Assembly (NCBI RefSeq): GCF_018350175.1
Contig: NC_058368.1
Span: 120,840,001 to 120,904,000 of the forward strand
Origin: Felis catus
Lineage: Eukaryota
DNA: 64,000 nt
Direction: 5' to 3'
The position numbers and the translations under genes are program-made. Under the pieces are notes generated by a model. It saw only the letters and a list, made by a program, of their open reading frames with translations. It was not told where the DNA came from and did no database searches. This document shows positions 37,024-49,861 of the stretch, piece by piece. Numbering within the stretch: position 1 is the first letter of the stretch; every line of letters starts with the position of its first letter.

Positions 37024-38774
37024 GAAAATGTTCTTTCACAGTTGAATGAATAGTTATCTCTAAGAGATAGTTTGACAGTTGACTTTAATTTTCTTGTTTT
37101 AACTTCCATCTTTCTCTAAAATCAATGTTCTACAGTGTTTATGTAATACTTGTGTTATTTCATTTTTCAAAAATTTAAGTAAAATTTAAAACTTCAAAAT
37201 TTTCTCCTCCACAATGAAGTTCTTGTAACTTCTACTTCCTTATTTCTCATTTAGGCTTCCTCAAAAAATGCTCAGCAGTCCTTCATAGACTCATGTGCTC
37301 ATGAAATATAAACCAAAAGGAACTGGAAAAGAGATACAAAATATATTGCATTTTCGTTTATTCACCCTTTGAGTCACTTTATTATTTTTGAAGTCTTGAA
37401 AAAAAATATCTGTGTCCTTATTTTCACATGGGCATTAAAGCAGACATTTTATTACAGTCTCTAAGGGGCTAGGACCAAGTTAATTGCCTTGAACTTCACA
37501 GAAGTTGCCGGTTCTCTATGGACTCCAAGAGGGAGGGCACCATACCTTTTTCTCTCTTTCCTGGTCTTTAAATACAAAGCATACAAACCCACATGCTTTT
37601 TTCCACATGTGAAATTAACAACAGAGTGACTTACAGCAATGGGCATGTTAGAGCATTTTGCAAAATCATGGAGAAATAAAGACCTCTTTTCACAAGTGCC
37701 ATCCAACATCATCAAGGTTGAGAGTTCTTGGCAGCTGCATTTCAAACTCATTATGTCCAAAAAAATGATTTACTGTCCTGTTGTATACAAATGAGCAAAC
37801 TCACATACTTAATTTTAGATTCTTCAGCAGTGATATCATTTCTATTCCAGTCCCACTGCTCGTAATTTAAAATGGAGAAGGCTTATCTGCATTCATTTCT
37901 TAGATCATTGCTTTGGCACTTTCAAGATTTTATCCAAGCATGACTTTTATAACCTTGTGGAAATTGCAGTGATAAAGGATGCATCAGCAATTTTCAAACC
38001 CATTTCTTTTTGTGGAGCTGTCCCTTAGTCTCCCTTAACAGGGCAGTAGAGAGAACCACAGGTCTTGTTACTGTCTTCATTTTTAAAGAGCTTTGTTTTG
38101 GTCAATGAGACATATACTATGGAAGCAAGGCCAATACAAAGTTTGTGGTATTTTTCCATTGCACATTTAACTAACCTTGATTAGATATGAGGCGAGGGGC
38201 TGGTCTGCCATCTTAGCCCTTAAAATTGGTTTCAGAGGAATTGGTTGTAATGGAAATGTCAAGCCCTTTAAATATCAAGCCTTTAAATACCATACGGGCA
38301 TATGGATGTGCACATAACTTAGCCCATTCTTAGATTCTACTATGTCACATGTCAGAACTAAAGGAAGAACGATAAAGGGAAATAAGCTATTGTTCTGGAA
38401 GAAATGACTGAAACAATTGGATATGATAAATGGCTGAGGCCAATTGGTTCATCTTTAGAGTAAGATCTTTTCCCTGAAAGAGCCAAAATGGGATGGGATC
38501 TGTCGAACACTGGCAGCTATGAAATTATGCACATACCTCATGGTTGCTTCCACTCTGCTGCTTCTTATGCCCTAGAGAACTTCTTTTCTTTGAAAGTAAG
38601 CAATTATGAGCATAGCTCTTGGCAAATAAGTTCAGGACATTTTGCCCTTTTAAAAATAATACAAAAATCTCCTTATATTGGAGAGACAAATAAAATCTGC
38701 TTTTATATGCCTAATACATGTTAGGTACTCAAAATATATTTATTGAATTGAATTTAGTTCTTCTGATGACTGAG

Positions 38775-38945
38775 GACCGTAGTATGCAGGGAGCACTTGG
38801 AATGAGCATCACTTGTTCTTAACTAGCTGGATGACCCTGGATGAGTCACTTCAGCTCTTTGGGCTACAGTGAAATAGTAATTTACATTTACCTTGTGAGA
38901 GGTTTAGGGACGTGATCACCAAAACCTCTTTGAAAATATAAGGTG
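38775..38945 (+). mobile_element. MIR remnant
   Basis: TAACTAGCTGGATGACCCTGGATGAGTCACTTCAGCTCTTTGGG. Confidence 0.5.
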
Positions 38946-39309
38946 CAAATGAAAAAGATCAAACTGATGTGCAGAGACAGCATTTGAATCAAGAATAAAG
39001 TTAGATGGCAACAAATTCAAGCATGATTGAATCAATTTCATTTAAAGGAGGGATATAGGGGGAGAAGGCACATAGGTCTATATTAGAAATAAGGCCTCTG
39101 GGAGTCCTGAAGTTGTGCAGGGTCTGTAATTCTGTGGAACAGCAGAGATGAACTTGCTAACTGGTGCCCAGAGGAAAGGTCTTATGTCAAAGGAGTCCCA
39201 AAAATTCTCAGACAAATACGATCTTAAAAAAATATTGAACATAAATCTTAGATCAGGGAAATAGCAAAATACTGATGGAATGACATTTTTAATAGGAAGA
39301 AAGCCTTTT

Positions 39310-39529
39310 TTTTTTTAATTTTTTTTTCAACATTTATTTATTTTTAGGACAGAGAGAGACAGAGCATGAACGGGGGAGGGGCAGAGAGAAAGGGGACACA
39401 GAATCGGAAACAGGCTCCAGGCTCTGAGCCATCAGCCCAGAGCCTGACGCCGGGCTCGAACTCACGGACCGCGAGATCGTGACCTGGCTGAAGTCGGACG
39501 CTTAACCGACTGCGCCACCCAGGCGCCCC
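39310..39529 (-). mobile_element. Young SINEC_Fc-type SINE (CpG-rich), 15-bp TSD
   Basis: Near-consensus body with CpGs retained (CTCACGGACCGCGAGATCGTGACC); TSD GGAAGAAAGCCTTTT at 39295-39309 and 39530-39544. Confidence 0.98.
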
Positions 39530-40519
39530 GGAAGAAAGCCTTTTAAAGTCACCTCACATAATGAGCTGGTCCCATTTTCAGGTTGAAGATACTTTGTCAC
39601 ATAACAGACTTTTTTTTATAGGTAAAATAATAGGACACTTCTACAATACAAGTAAGCTGGGTCTTCTCCACTTTGTTAGGACAATAAAGAAACTAGCCTT
39701 TATTGGGCAACTACCACAGTGCAATGGGTAAATGGAGCATGCCCTTTTTAGATATTTGCAGTACCCACTAACAGGTAAGAGGCTCAGCAAAGCCATATCG
39801 TTGAGATTCTTAAAAATCTGTTTACCTAAGTTTGCTTTTTCTGTTTATCATCAGAAAATACCCATTTCTTGTGTTTCTCAAGAAACGCATTTAAAGGAGA
39901 AATACTTGTGCACCATGAAACACAATTTGAGGAATGTTTGCCTCTTCCTTTCTTGGGTATAAGCTTGTTTAATGTAAAACTCTCACCATCCAAGTGTAAC
40001 AGTGAATGATTCAAAGCACCTGTATTTGGTATGGTTTTTTTTTTCTTTCATAGCAATATACTTTTGTTAGTGATAATTAACTTTGTTATTTCCTTTTGGT
40101 ACAGGGAATACTCTGAACTATTGGAAAGTAAATAAAAAATTGGAATAGAAATTCCCACCCAGTGTAGAATCTCCTAAGTCATAGGATCCATCAACTGATA
40201 CTTGAATACTTCTATGACTGGTAAACTCATTCATTGACATCCTGTACAAAGCAGTATGAATAGCTTTTTGTACACCTATAAGACATGCAAATGGAAAAAG
40301 AAACATCCAATCACTTGGTCATCCGGATGCTTGCTTTGGGTAGCAATAGACAGTTCAGGTATTTTCCAATATGCAAATATTTGAAACTCTAAATACGAAG
40401 ATCCAGGAGGCATTATTGATTGAATCTGCCACTGTGTTCATCTGGCTGTGATCCTGATAATGCCTAGCTTGAGCAGATTTATATAAAAGAGAATATTGGT
40501 TTTAAGAGGGAAATAGATA

Positions 40520-40692
40520 TGCCAGTGGTATGTCTTATAACTGGGTAACCTTGGATACATCACTTAACCCCTTGAAGCCTCAGTCACACTTGCAGCTAAT
40601 AACTGTACTCTCTTCTTAGGGCTATGTTGAGAAATAAATGAGTCAGTGCCTGTAAAACATTGAACAAAGTATGTGACACCTAGTAAAGGCTT
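40520..40692 (+). mobile_element. MIR remnant
   Basis: AACTGGGTAACCTTGGATACATCACTTAACCCCTTGAAGCCTCAGT...TGTAAAACATTGAACAAAG..TGACACCTAGTAA. Confidence 0.6.
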
Positions 40693-41379
40693 TATTTCTA
40701 GTCTGTCCAAAGCGAGTTCTTCTACCTAATGTTCCTTCACTGATTTTCACAATTCATAATCTTCTAGAAAACATCAACAGTAACTTTGATATTTTCTCTC
40801 AGACCTTCCCAATTTTTAAATAGGGTTCTCCATCCGATCTCAATATGTTGAGATCAAATGTGTAAGGATTCCTTCTGTATTCCCTTTTTCTGTGATGGCA
40901 TCACAACTGAGAAGTAAAACTCCACCTTAGGCCTGGATTGATCCCAGTGCTCAGGGACAGAGCTCCTAAGGAAACATTTGAAGATGAATAAGAACAAGGC
41001 CTTCCGTGTTGTTCCTTTGACATGACATTATGACATGCTTATCACTGATGTGTCTGCAATTAAATTGAGGTGTTGTTGACAATAGTGACGATAATAATTA
41101 GGATAATGGTAACAGTGACATAAATTGAACATGTACTGTGTGTCAAGACCCATTCTAATAGCCTTACATCTATTATTTAATCTTTCCCCAAACCCTCTCG
41201 GTAAGTATTGTTATTAGCTTCCTTAGAAGATTGATCACACACCTAAAGAATGGTCTAGGTGAAATTAGAATGCTAATCCTACCACTGAGGTTTTTAACCA
41301 GTACAGTAGAAGGATAAAGCAAAAGAAAGATAATACGATATTGATAATGATAATAATGAGAATAATAGTAATCTACCAG

Positions 41380-41575
41380 CAGACATTTACTGAACACTTA
41401 CTATATGCCAGATATTAAACTAAGTGCTTTGCATTTTGTTGTCTGATTTTTATAACACTTGTGCTATCATTTCTGCTATTATCGTTTTACTGAGGAACAA
41501 ACTTAACGACACTAACTTTCTCAAATTCACATGGGTAGCAAGTGGCAGAGCTAGGACTTTAATCCAGGTCCTTTT
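41380..41575 (-). mobile_element. MIR
   Basis: ACATTTACTGAACACTTACTATATGCCAGA...CTAAGTGCTTTGCAT...TAGCAAGTGGCAGAGCTAGGACTTTAATCCAGGTC. Confidence 0.7.
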
Positions 41576-42599
41576 ATGGATTAGGTTACAAAAAATTTAA
41601 CAATAGAACTTGCACCATACATGTTGGCTTGCAAGTTAGGGGAGGTGTTTAGACTTAGTCTGTACCTACATAAAATTTTCATTGATTCAGGGCTCCTTGG
41701 TTGGTTTTCTTCATCTCAGCAAGGAATCTGTGTTTCCAAACCTGGCCTAGAAGCTTGCAGAGCCCAGGGAGAGACTTTGCTGATGCATTGTGCAGGGAGC
41801 TACAAATCAGCATGAGCGGTGAGCCTTCTACATTCCTTTGATTTTCCTCCTGGCCTAACCTGAGTGAGGACTGCTTAAGATGAGTCACACTCCCAGTATA
41901 GCATGAGACTTGCCAAACAGTTTTCCAGCCCTTTTCTTCAATTATCAAGGTTAGAGTTCTCTGCCTTTACCCTTTGGGAGAAGCGCCTGATTTACATGTG
42001 ACCAGCGAAACACAGCTTTTGACACTAGCCAGAAGTAAATAGCAATTACCTCCCTTGTCAAAACAGTGTCTTTTAGGAGAGAGAAAGTAAATGAAGGAGT
42101 GGCCAATGACTTTAAGTCTGGGTCAAAACAGCCAAAGGCTGGAGACTCAGCCTAACAACTCAAGGTGGGAACCAGGAGGCATCTTACTCAGACTCCTTCC
42201 ATAGACACAAGGTTAGACGACACGTGTGTGCAGTGCAGGATGACTTCTGGATTCAGATGTATTTATGAATGCTGTGGAAACATGCAACAAATGGCCATCA
42301 TCTGGATAATGAGCTAGATCAAAGAGCCCTGTCAGTGGCTGAAAATATACATATATGTGGACCCTCACGCAAAACAGAATTTAAGGTCAGGACTTCAGTA
42401 CTCTCCTAGGGAGTTTATTTCCAAACAAACAAGCACATACACACTGCTCAAGACTGTACCAGGACCTGGAGAGGGCTTTGATAAAGATAAGATGTCTAGA
42501 TATTTGCTTTCTCCTCTTATTATGTCTCCACCCATGATGGAGTTCGCCTCCTTAGTAATTGGCATGTCCTGGTTCCAGACGGCTGCATTTCTCCTTGGA

Positions 42600-43172
42600 C
42601 GATTACAACTATAACTACTGCTCTCCTGCCACCAGCCATGCCTGGCTTCCACTCATTCTCTATTTTACCTCCAGATGGCTTTTTGAAGTTATTGATGGCA
42701 TGTTATTACTCACAGCTTTCCTTGCTCCAGTGACTTCCATTTCAGACAGAACAAAGCCCCGGTTTCTTAACCTACCATTCAGTACCATTGACGATTCAGC
42801 TCCTGCTTACTTGACAGGACTCATCCTCTGCCTCTCCCCACTTATTCTCGACTCTGCCTCTGACTGCTGCTTTGCTAACTCATCATTGTCCTTCCTGTTT
42901 CTCTTCAGTCATTTTCCTCTGGATCAACCCCTGCTTTCATTCTCTCTTTGGTAAACCTCTACTCCTCCTTCAATCCTGCCCTTGTTAAATTCTATCCCTT
43001 ATTCCCTAAGGTGTTATACTTTTCTAATGATTTGATAGGTAATCATTTAAATGTTTATCCAACTAGACTAAGAGCTTGATAAGGTCAAATATAGTGTCTT
43101 TATCACTCTGAATAATCTCCATCAACCGGCAATGAGCAAAGCCACTATAGAGACTTAATACATTTAATTAAA
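42600..43172 (+). mobile_element. L2 remnant
   Basis: CTCCAGTGACTTCCATTTCAGACAGAACAAAGCCC...AACCTCTACTCCTCCTTCAA...ACTAGACTAAGAGCTTGATAAGGTCA. Confidence 0.55.
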
Positions 43173-43514
43173 TGGAGTTCTCTCTACTCGAATTACATTC
43201 TGGGAAAGACACTGAACTAGAAGTCAGAAGTCTTGAGATTGAGTCACCTACTTGCGGTATCACCCAAGGCAAGCACAGTCTCTTCACTTGGGCAACAGAG
43301 ATAACAATACCAACTTCCCAGAATCAAAGGAAAAATAGATGTAAAAATATCTGAGAGTATAATGTAATATTCTAGTGTAAATTATTGGTTTTAGTAAAGC
43401 AGATGATAGTGATTATATATAGTCCTTGTGGTGGTGAAGGTGTGAACAGGAAAAAGGGTGAAATAATTGGTCACCTCCGGCATTTTGATCATTATCTGAT
43501 CTAAAATACTGCCA

Positions 43515-43744
43515 GGGGCGCCTGGGTGGCACAGTCGTTAAGTGTCTGACTTCAGCCAGGTCACGATCTCGCGGTCCGTGAGTTCGAGCCCCGCGTCGGG
43601 CTCTGGGCTGATGGCTCAGAGCCTGGAGCCTGTTTCCGATTCTGTGTCTCCCTCTCTCTCTGCCCCTCGCCCGTTCATGCTCTGTCTCTCTCTGTCCCAA
43701 AAATAAATAAACGTTGAAAAAAAATAATAAAAAATAAAATAAAA
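43515..43744 (+). mobile_element. Young SINEC_Fc-type SINE, 13-bp TSD
   Basis: GGGGCGCCTGGGTGGC head, CpGs retained, (AAAAT)n tail; TSD TAAAATACTGCCA at 43502-43514 and 43745-43757. Confidence 0.98.
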
Positions 43745-43784
43745 TAAAATACTGCCAATAGTTTAATCAAGAAATGACTAGATT

Positions 43785-43857
43785 TGTCGAATCACTATGT
43801 TGTATACCTGAAACTAATGCAACATCATGTGTCAACTATACTTCAATAAAAAAAAAA
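43785..43857 (+). mobile_element. Very short L1 3' end (~70 bp), same old type as 16890-17137
   Basis: GTCGAATCACTATGTTGTATACCTGAAACTAAT...GTCAACTATACTTCAATAAAAAAAAAA. Confidence 0.8.
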
Positions 43858-43899
43858 TTACTGGGAATGTAGGAATAAGACATTTCTCAGACATACAAA

Positions 43900-44160
43900 C
43901 ATAGACTTGAATACTTATGCTCAAATGTCTCCTCAGAGTCCTTTGTTTAACACACAATCTGAAATAGACACACAGCTCTTCTGTATTGTATGTTATTTTG
44001 TTTTCTTTATAGCTTGTCTATGTTTGCTGTTTATATCTATGACTAGAATGTCAGCCTTCTTAGAGCAGGAACATTACCTTGTTCATAGTCGTGTTTCAGT
44101 GTTTAGAACAGCATGTGAGGCCTAGTAGGCATTCAGTCAATACTCATTAGTAAATGAATA
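43900..44160 (+). mobile_element. L2 3' end
   Basis: GACTAGAATGTCAGCCTTCTTAGAGCAGGAAC...TTAGAACAGCATGTGAGGCCTAGTAGGCATTCAGTCAATACTCATTAGTAAATGAAT. Confidence 0.65.
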
Positions 44161-44989
44161 GCCTTTGAGGACAAGTGACAGGATTGCTAAATATCATACA
44201 GAATCACAATTCTCAAGATAATTCAAGTGAGATAACATACATCCAAGTACTGTGTAAACCATTAAATTATAAGAGCTGATTCATAGCTGTTGTCCAATGA
44301 AAACTCCTGGTCTGACCATTCTTGTGCCTGCTGGCTTGTCTGCCTCCTTCATTAACCCAGAGAAGTTGATGTTATTGTATTGCCATCCCTATTCCACAGA
44401 TAAAGATGTGGTAACAGAAGTTCCTGGCACATAGTAGGCATTTGACAGGTACTTGTTCTTTGTTATGGCTTGTGGTTTTCCAGCAGTTTAAATTCATAAA
44501 TTAACTGTGCTCAAGCCAAGCCAGGGTACCTAACAGTTATTCCCCCTGGGGACATCTGCGGATGTCTAGCTTGCTCTGTGACTCCCATTTAGCAAATGAG
44601 CCCAAAGGCTGGTTCTTCATTCAGAGATAATTCATCCTCAGATCGCTCTCTCTGCCAAATTCCAGACTGCCTCGAGAGGCATCTGCTATCACAGAGGCTA
44701 TGGAGAGAATTACGGAAGAACCTCATTTCAGGCATTCAATTCACAACTCCCCCCACCCCTGCCGGGTTTTTACCACAACTATTAGCCGAAGGACAGGTGA
44801 TGCTTGCAGACGGTTGTCTGTTGGAAACACAGGTGTCTGGTCTATCTTTCCAGATCTATCCCACCACAGTACATGGTTGTGAGATCAGATCTTGGCCCCT
44901 TCCCTATGTTACTGTTATTATTATTATGGTTACTGTCACTATCATACAGCAACCCTGTGAGATAGGTATTATTAATCTTATAGCTAAGA

Positions 44990-45195
44990 GGGGTGCCTGA
45001 GTGGCTCAGTCAGTTAAGTTTCTGACTTCAGCGCAGGTCATGATCTCACAGTTCATGCATTGGAGCCCTGCTCTGGGCTCTGTGCTAACAGCTCAGAGCC
45101 TAGAGCCTGCTTCAGATTCCATGTCTCCCTCTCTGCTCCTCCCCTTCTCATGCTCTGTCTCTCTAAAACATAAATAAGCATTAAAAAATTTTTTA
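44990..45195 (+). mobile_element. Can-SINE inserted into an antisense MIR (MIR ~44930-45310)
   Basis: GGGGTGCCTGAGTGGCTCAGTCAG head; MIR halves CAACCCTGTGAGATAGGTATTATT and CAGCTGAGAAAAGTGAGGCT..GAGAGGAAGTGATTTGCCCCAGG flank it. Confidence 0.92.
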
Positions 45196-45354
45196 ATGAA
45201 AAACTACTACAGCTGAGAAAAGTGAGGCTTTGAGAGAGGAAGTGATTTGCCCCAGGCTGCAGAGCTAGACACAGGATAAATCAGGCCTGTTGGGTTCAAT
45301 GCATGTATTCTTTCCATGTTACATTTCAGAATGATCATTTGATTAATAAGAGAA

Positions 45355-45590
45355 ACGTTTTTTAAAATAGTTATTGTATGTCTGCATGTGTGTGTGTGCA
45401 TGTAGAGAACACTTTAGATCTACTCTGTTAGGAATTTCTAGGATAAAGCACCATATGATTAGCCATGGTCACTATGCTATACATCTCTAGATCTCTAGAA
45501 TTTGCTCATCCTACATAACTAAAACTCTGTGCCCTTGATCAACGTCTCCCTACTTCCCCTACTCCCTAGCTCCCGTTAGTCACCATTTCT
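45355..45590 (-). mobile_element. Old L1 (L1MA-like) 3' fragment
   Basis: GAGAACACTTTAGATCTACTCT..TAG...TCACTATGCTATACAT..AGATCTCTAGAATTTGCTCATCC..CATAACTAAAACT. Confidence 0.7.
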
Positions 45591-46539
45591 TGTGCCATCT
45601 TCGCAACTTAAGGAAAAGAAGACTCACTGAATTCTGTGATGTATTTGGTCATGTGTTCCCATTTCTTGGAATTATAGAGAGACTTTATAACTAGTTTAAA
45701 TACTTTGATAAATTCAGTATGCTTGCCTGTGGTTAGCACAGAGTGGTAATTAAGTCTGCAATTATATGTTCAGATTTTCATATTTTTCTTGTATGTGCAT
45801 TTTGACAGTAATTGAACAAGGCAGTATTTGCAATATCCATTCTGAAACTGTTACACAGTATTTCATTATGTGCCAGATTAATTTGTTAAACCCACATAGC
45901 AAATGAAAACTTCAGTGTTGATCCGATTAATCCAACCGTGGGACTTTTCTGCTAATATACCATAGCATACAAAACTGGAAGAGGTTTTGGACACAGTGTC
46001 TGGAAAGATTAGGGGCATGATTGGGGGATGGGGGAGAGCTTGATGTAAGCTTTATTTTTCTTCTAAGTTGCTCCTATTTTCTCATTGAATACCATTTATT
46101 TCCTTGAGAATCAGTACAGTGTGAAGATGAATAAACATTGATAAAATATGCATCTGAATCTTGAAAAAAATCAGTGAAAATTTAATTTTCTCTTTGGGTA
46201 TCTTTGTGTGTGAATGAAAGTGACGTGTGTTGGGAAAGGGTGGTTCAGAGTGAAGGGCTATGGTCCAACACACAATGGCATTTTGATTGTCTATGGCTCT
46301 ATTATTTTCAATGTATTCCAGTGTGCCTTATGAAGAGTAAGTGAATTAAAATCCCTTTAACTCTGATAAAAAGATGAAAGATATGGAAATAGTAGATGGG
46401 AATAAAGTCCCTTTGAGTGCAAGTGGTGTCTCTTGTGAACTGATGATGGAGAAGAAAACCTGCCCTCTCTTGGGTGAAAAGTTTTCTTTATCAGGTACTG
46501 TATGTCTATCAGCTTCTGTCAAGATAGGCTTATTTACTT

Positions 46540-46707
46540 TTTTAATTCAGTCATTTAACAAATAGTTCCTGAGTATTTATAATGAGTCTAGAATTGTGAT
46601 AAGTGCTGAGCACACTATGGAGAACAAAATCAGATCCAGTTTTTAATCTCATGGAGTTTAAAATCTAGTGGAGAGGCATGTCAGTTACATCGCATCCCAG
46701 GTATATA
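46540..46707 (-). mobile_element. L2 3' end, left half; resumes at ~52270-52600 after the L1
   Basis: ATTCAGTCATTTAACAAATAGTTCCTGAG...CTCATGGAGTTTAAAATCTAGTGGAGAG; right half GAGCTTAGAGAAGGAATATTTGACC...TTTTCTAAGGAAGTAATGCTTG. Confidence 0.65.
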
Positions 46708-47677
46708 ATGAAACACATAGATTTTTTTAAAACTTTGAATAGAGTTGACATACAATGTGACGTAAGTTGAAGTGTATAACATCGTGCTTTGACAAGTTTA
46801 TATATTATGCTATGTTTACCACAAGTATAAATACCATCTGTCCTGATACATTGCTATTACAGTACCACTGAGTATATTTCTTATGCTGTGCCTTTTATTC
46901 CCGTGATCTATATACATTGCATAACGGGAAGCCTGTATCTTCTGTTCCCCTTTATGCATTTTGCCTCACCCTCTACATCTCTCCCCTCTGAAAATCATCA
47001 GTTCTCTGTATCATAGGTCTGATTTTGCTTTTTGTTTGTTCATTCACTTTTTAAGATATCAGTTATGAGTGAATTCTTGTGGTATTTGTCTTCCTCAGTC
47101 TAACTTATTTCACTTAGCATAACACCCTCTAGGTCCATTCACATTGTCACAGATAGTACAATCACATCCTTTTTAATGGTTGTGTAATATTCCATTGTGT
47201 ATACAAACCACATCTTCCTTAGCTATTTGTCTCTTGATAGATGCTTAGGTTGTTTCCATATCTTGGGTATTGTAAATAATGCTACAGTAAACATAACTGT
47301 GCCTATATCTTTTTGAATTAGTGTTTTTGTTTTCTTTGGGTAAATACAAATACCCAATAGTGGAATTATTGGGTCATTTGGTATTTCTATACCTAATTTT
47401 TTGAGGAATCTCCATACCAATTTTCACAGTGGCTGTACCACTTTACCTTGTCATCAATGATGTATGAGAGTTCTTTATTGTCCACATCCCTGGCAACAAT
47501 TGTTGTTTCTTGTCTTTTTGATTTTAGCCATTCTAACAAAGTAAGGTGGTATCTCACTATAGTTTTGATTTGCATTTCCCTAATGATCAGTGATGTTGAT
47601 CATCTTTTCATATATCTGTTGGCCATCTGTATGTCTTCTTTAGAAAAAAAATGTCTATTCAGGTCATCTGCCCATTT

Positions 47678-47885
47678 AAAAAATTTTTTCGATGTTTATT
47701 TATTTTTGAGAAAGACAGCACAAGTGGGGGGGGGGGCGCAGAAAGGGACGGAGACAGAATCCAAAGCAGGCTCCAGGCTCTGACCTGTCAGCACAGAGCC
47801 TGATGTGGGCTCAAACTCACAGACTGTGACGTCATGACCTGAGCCCAAGTCAGATGCCTAACTGACTAAGCCACTGAGGTGTCCC
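47678..47885 (-). mobile_element. Can-SINE nested in L1, 14-bp TSD
   Basis: TSD TCATCTGCCCATTT at 47664-47677 and 47886-47899. Confidence 0.96.
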
Positions 47886-49531
47886 TCATCTGCCCATTTT
47901 TTAATCTATTGGTTTATTGGTTGTCTAAGTTGTATAAGTTCCTTATATTTTTTGGATATTAACCCCTTATCAGATATATATTTGCAAATGTATTCTCCTA
48001 TTTGGTAGGTTGTCTTTTTGTTTTGTTGATGGATGGTTTCTTTTGCTGTGCAAAACCTCTTTATTTTGATATAGTCACAATAATTTATTTTAGCTTTTCT
48101 GTCTCTTGCCTTAGGAGCCATATCTAGAAAAATGTTTCTACATCCAGTGTCAGAGAAATTACTGCCTGTGTTCTCTTCAAGAGTTTTTATGGTTTAAGGT
48201 CTTACATTTAGGTCTTTAATCTATTTTGAGCTTATTTTGCATATGGTGTAAGAGCGGTCCAATTTGATTCTTTGGCATGTAAGCTGTCCGGTTTTTCCAG
48301 CAACACTTATTAAAGAGACTGTCTTTTTACCATTGTATATTATTGCCTCTTTTGTCATAGATTAATTGACCATATTACCACATGGGTATATTTCTGGGCT
48401 CTCTTTTCTGTTGCAATAATTTCTTGTGTCTGTCATTGTGCCACGACCATATTGTTCTGATGACTACAGCTTTATAGTATCTTTTGAAATCTGGGATTGT
48501 GATATCTACAGCTTTGTTCTTTTTCAAGATTGCTTTGGTTTTCGAGGTCTTTTGTGGTACCAACAAATTTTAGTATTATTTATTCTACTTCTGTGGAAAA
48601 GGCTGCTTAAAAAAACTGTTGCTGGTATTTTAATAGAGCTTTCATTGAATCTGTAGATTGTTCTGGGTAGTATGGACATTTTAGCAATATTAATCCCTCT
48701 AAACCATGAGCATGGAATATCTTTCAACTTGTGTCATCTTCAATTTCTTTCATCAATATTTTATAGTTGGCAAAGAACAGGTCATCCATCTCTTTGGTTA
48801 TAGTTATTTTATTATTTTTGGTGCACTTGTAAATTTTGCTGTTTTTTAAATTTATTGTTATACTAGTTTGTTATTAGTGTGTGGAAAAACTACTGATGTC
48901 TGCAGGTTTGTATCCTGCAACTTCACTGAAATCATTTATTTTAGTAGTTTTTTTGTTAAGAGTTGTTAGGGTTTTCTGTGTGTAGTATTATGTGATCTAC
49001 AAATAGTGACAATTTACCCTCCTCTTTAGGGATATGGATGCCCTTTATTCCTTTTTCTTGCCAGGGCTAGAACTTCCAGTACTATGGTGAGAGTGAACAT
49101 CCTTGTCTTGTTCCTTAGAGGAAAAGCTCTCTGTTTTTCACCATTGAGTATGACGTTAGCTGTGGGTTTTTCATGTATGGTTTTTATTAGGTTTTATTAG
49201 GTTTATTAGATGAAGTATGTTCCCCCTAAACCTACTATGTTGTGAGTATTTATCATGAATGAATATTGGATTTTGTCACATGCTTTTCTGCATCTTTTGA
49301 GATGATCGTATGATTTTTGTCCTTCATTTTGTTGAGGTGGTGTATCATGTTGATTGATTTGCAAATATTAAACCATCCTTGGATCCCCAGAATAAATCCC
49401 ACTTGATTATGGTGAATGATCAGTTTAATGCATTATTGTATATAGTTTAACATTTTTTTGAAGATTTTTGCATCTTTGTTCATCAGGTGTTCTTTATTTC
49501 AGTTACTGTTTTCTTCAACTCCAGTTAATTC

Positions 49532-49721
49532 TTTCTTTTTTTTTTTTGAGGGGGTGGGGAGAGGGGTATAATAAGAGAGAGAAAAAGAGAGATAAAATCT
49601 TAAGCAGGCACCAGGCTCAGTCCAAAGCCTGATGCAGGGCTTGATTCCACGCTGCTGGAATCATGACCTGAGCCAAAATCAAAAGTTGCATGCTCAACTG
49701 ACTGAGCCACACAGGTGGCCC
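49532..49721 (-). mobile_element. Older Can-SINE nested in L1
   Basis: TCTTAAGCAGGCACCAGGCTCAG...TCATGACCTGAGCCAAAATCAA...CTGAGCCACACAGGTGGCCC. Confidence 0.9.
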
Positions 49722-49861
49722 TCAAATTGGTTCTTTTTAATGTTATCTCTTTATTGAAGATTATGTGTGTCTTTACAATAATTACTTAAAATTCTTTATC
49801 AGGCATTTTGGTCATCTCTGTTTCATATAGCTCTTTTTCTGGGAGTTTTTCTTACTGCTTC

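Noticed and set aside
40085..40135. Possible micro-exon (..TTTTGGTACAG|GGAATAC...GGAAA|GTAAAT)
   Set aside because: Weak donor, 23-nt length and no recognisable peptide; unsupported without transcript data
43515..43590. tRNA-like heads (A/B box: TGGC.CAGTCGGTTAAG, GAGTTCGAGCCC) as tRNA genes
   Set aside because: Each continues into a SINE body, (CT)n tract and A-tail with a TSD; these are tRNA-derived SINEs
44596..45000. 134-aa ORF
   Set aside because: No recognisable domain and it runs into MIR/SINE sequence; chance ORF
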